From contig JACKGA010000002.1 in the NCBI GenBank assembly GCA_020632195.1, forward strand, positions 66,896-130,895: a DNA stretch of 64,000 bases, given 5' to 3'. Below, in pieces: positions 62,930-64,000 of this stretch; the first letter of the stretch is position 1, and each line of letters starts with the position of its first letter. The notes under the pieces were generated by a model. That model made no database searches. It saw only the letters and a program-made list of their open reading frames with translations, and was not told where the DNA came from. Source of the stretch: Candidatus Nomurabacteria bacterium (lineage in GTDB: Bacteria > Patescibacteriota > Minisyncoccia > Phycocordibacterales > UBA1006). Both the position numbers and the translations under genes were made by a program.

Positions 62930-63229
62930 ATGGGAAAAGGAAGTAAAGAGTTAAGAGAGAAAGCATTGGAAGCAGCACGTGTGGTAGAGCGCTGGGAAGA
63001 AACAGTCTCTAGCAAAAATCCGCATGGAAGCGCAGTCATTCTAGCAAAATTTATTAATTACTTTAGAGATAATGATTTAAGTTGGAATAAGATCGGATTG
63101 GCTAGTAAAAAAGATAGTATGATTTCAGCCAAGGAGTATTTCCTGACACATAATGTCTTGAGTGAAAAATTCCCTCAAAAAAATAAGCATAAAACTATTT
63201 TTATCAAAGAAAGAGAACATGTTTCCTAA
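62930..63229 (+). CDS. hypothetical protein
   Basis: ORF from ATG 62930 (MGKGSKELREKALE...), with a terminator downstream. No family recognised. Confidence 0.45.
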   Translation: MGKGSKELREKALEAARVVERWEETVSSKNPHGSAVILAKFINYFRDNDLSWNKIGLASKKDSMISAKEYFLTHNVLSEKFPQKNKHKTIFIKEREHVS

Positions 63230-63250
63230 AGTGGTAAAAAAGCTGATTTT

Positions 63251-63278
63251 AAAGCACCAGACCTCTGTCCGGTGCTTT
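63251..63278 (+). terminator. rho-independent terminator
   Basis: aaagcaccagac-ctct-gtccggtgcttt (one mismatch) followed by AATTTTT. Confidence 0.7.
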
Positions 63279-63360
63279 AATTTTTACTCATGTGCATAAC
63301 TCAGATTTGACACCTTTGCAATAGAGGCGTAAATTAAAAGAGAATCAAATTTTCTAAACT

Positions 63361-63543
63361 ATGCCAAACACATCTGAAGTACCTGAACTTTCTTGGGAAG
63401 ACTTAAGTCTTCAAAGACTAAAAGCCCGAGAAGATCTAAACAAGACACGTAAAAAAATACACGTACCTCTTGTTGAAGATCCAGACAACCAAGAAAGACT
63501 TGGGGCACAGATGAAGCAAATTCATCACAATGCCCAAAAATAA
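63361..63543 (+). CDS. hypothetical small protein
   Basis: 60-aa charged ORF followed by a hairpin. Weak support. Confidence 0.35.
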   Translation: MPNTSEVPELSWEDLSLQRLKAREDLNKTRKKIHVPLVEDPDNQERLGAQMKQIHHNAQK

Positions 63544-63552
63544 ATTCCTAAC

Positions 63553-63595
63553 AGGCACACAAAATTGTTATACATTATATCAATTCTGTGTGCCT
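63553..63595. terminator. bidirectional hairpin between convergent genes
   Basis: aggcacacaaaattg-N13-caattctgtgtgcct (one mismatch). Confidence 0.55.
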
Positions 63596-63620
63596 AAAAC
63601 TTTGTCTTATTTTTTGATAC

Positions 63621-64000
63621 TCACCCCTTTTTTTTCTCAAGAAAGCCCTCATCTATCATTTGGTCAATGATTTTTTTATACCGTATTTTTTCACTGCCAA
63701 GCTGATTAAAAAGTTTTGTCTGAGGAATCTTCTCTTCTTTTAATACAATCTCGAGAATTTTGCCACGTATCTGCCGATCACTCCCTTCGAATTTTGACTG
63801 TTTCGTATAATGCTTTGAACGTACATTAGGATTCTTTTTAAGAATTTTTGGCAATGTCGAACCATAATCCATCAATGCTGAATACCACGTGAATATCTCA
63901 TGATCTGGCACGCTATACGCTACTAACTCCAAAATCGCATGGTCATCAACTCCTTGTGTATCATGAAAAAAGTGATAAATAAACGCACGACGAATATTTG
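63621..64000 (-). CDS. HhH-GPD-type base-excision glycosylase (MutY/Nth-like), 5'-partial
   Basis: The frame stays open to the window end (...NIRRAFIYHFFHDTQGVDDHAILELVAYSVPDHEIFTWYSALMDYGS...). NIRR and ALMDYG resemble the (D)NVxRV and MDLGA blocks. No Cys4 cluster loop is visible. The track Met is a TTG artefact. Confidence 0.5.
   Translation of the reverse strand, partial: NIRRAFIYHFFHDTQGVDDHAILELVAYSVPDHEIFTWYSALMDYGSTLPKILKKNPNVRSKHYTKQSKFEGSDRQIRGKILEIVLKEEKIPQTKLFNQLGSEKIRYKKIIDQMIDEGFLEKKKG

Noticed and set aside
1-64000. Alternative genetic code (UGA recoding as in some CPR lineages)
   Set aside because: All long housekeeping genes are uninterrupted under the standard code and end where homologues would be expected to end. 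Nothing requires recoding.

Overview
This 64-kb window comes from a compact, moderately AT-rich bacterial genome. The standard genetic code fits. Gene content suggests a Patescibacteria/CPR-like organism (split transketolase, non-oxidative pentose-phosphate and glycolysis genes, orphan type IV pilin, giant surface protein), but that placement is inference only. Most of the window is housekeeping: rpsB-tsf, tRNA-Thr(UGU), dnaG-rpoD, dapF, rpoB-rpoC, rpsP-KH-trmD, rnr, a short SMC-like ATPase, rnc, a NusB-Nudix fusion, rpmF, rnhB, dnaE, thrS and gyrB. There is also a sugar-phosphate cluster (fba, tal, pfkB, split tkt, rpe-like, rpiB, gap). The more unusual content is structural. (1) Two AT-rich cassettes are stacked at the 3' end of trmD: DinJ-YafQ, and a three-gene operon of an NDT/TIR-like protein plus two SAM methyltransferases. 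Each cassette is closed by an in-frame diverged copy of the last trmD codons, and no recombinase is visible in the window. (2) A 188-bp direct duplication of the gap promoter and 5' end brackets a 1.06-kb insert. The insert carries a 5 x 96-bp (32-aa) tandem-repeat protein and a start-less gene remnant. (3) A non-coding MITE-like element family with GTGTCATCC inverted ends is present as three full copies plus one fragment. (4) At least 14 genes have a TATAAT-like box ending 6-10 nt before the start codon, which suggests leaderless mRNAs. (5) Heptad ACTT arrays fill the short 5' leaders of rpsB, trmD and fba. All family calls rest on motif recognition by eye. No database search, HMM or folding computation was run. 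GC statements are hand tallies of single sequence lines.
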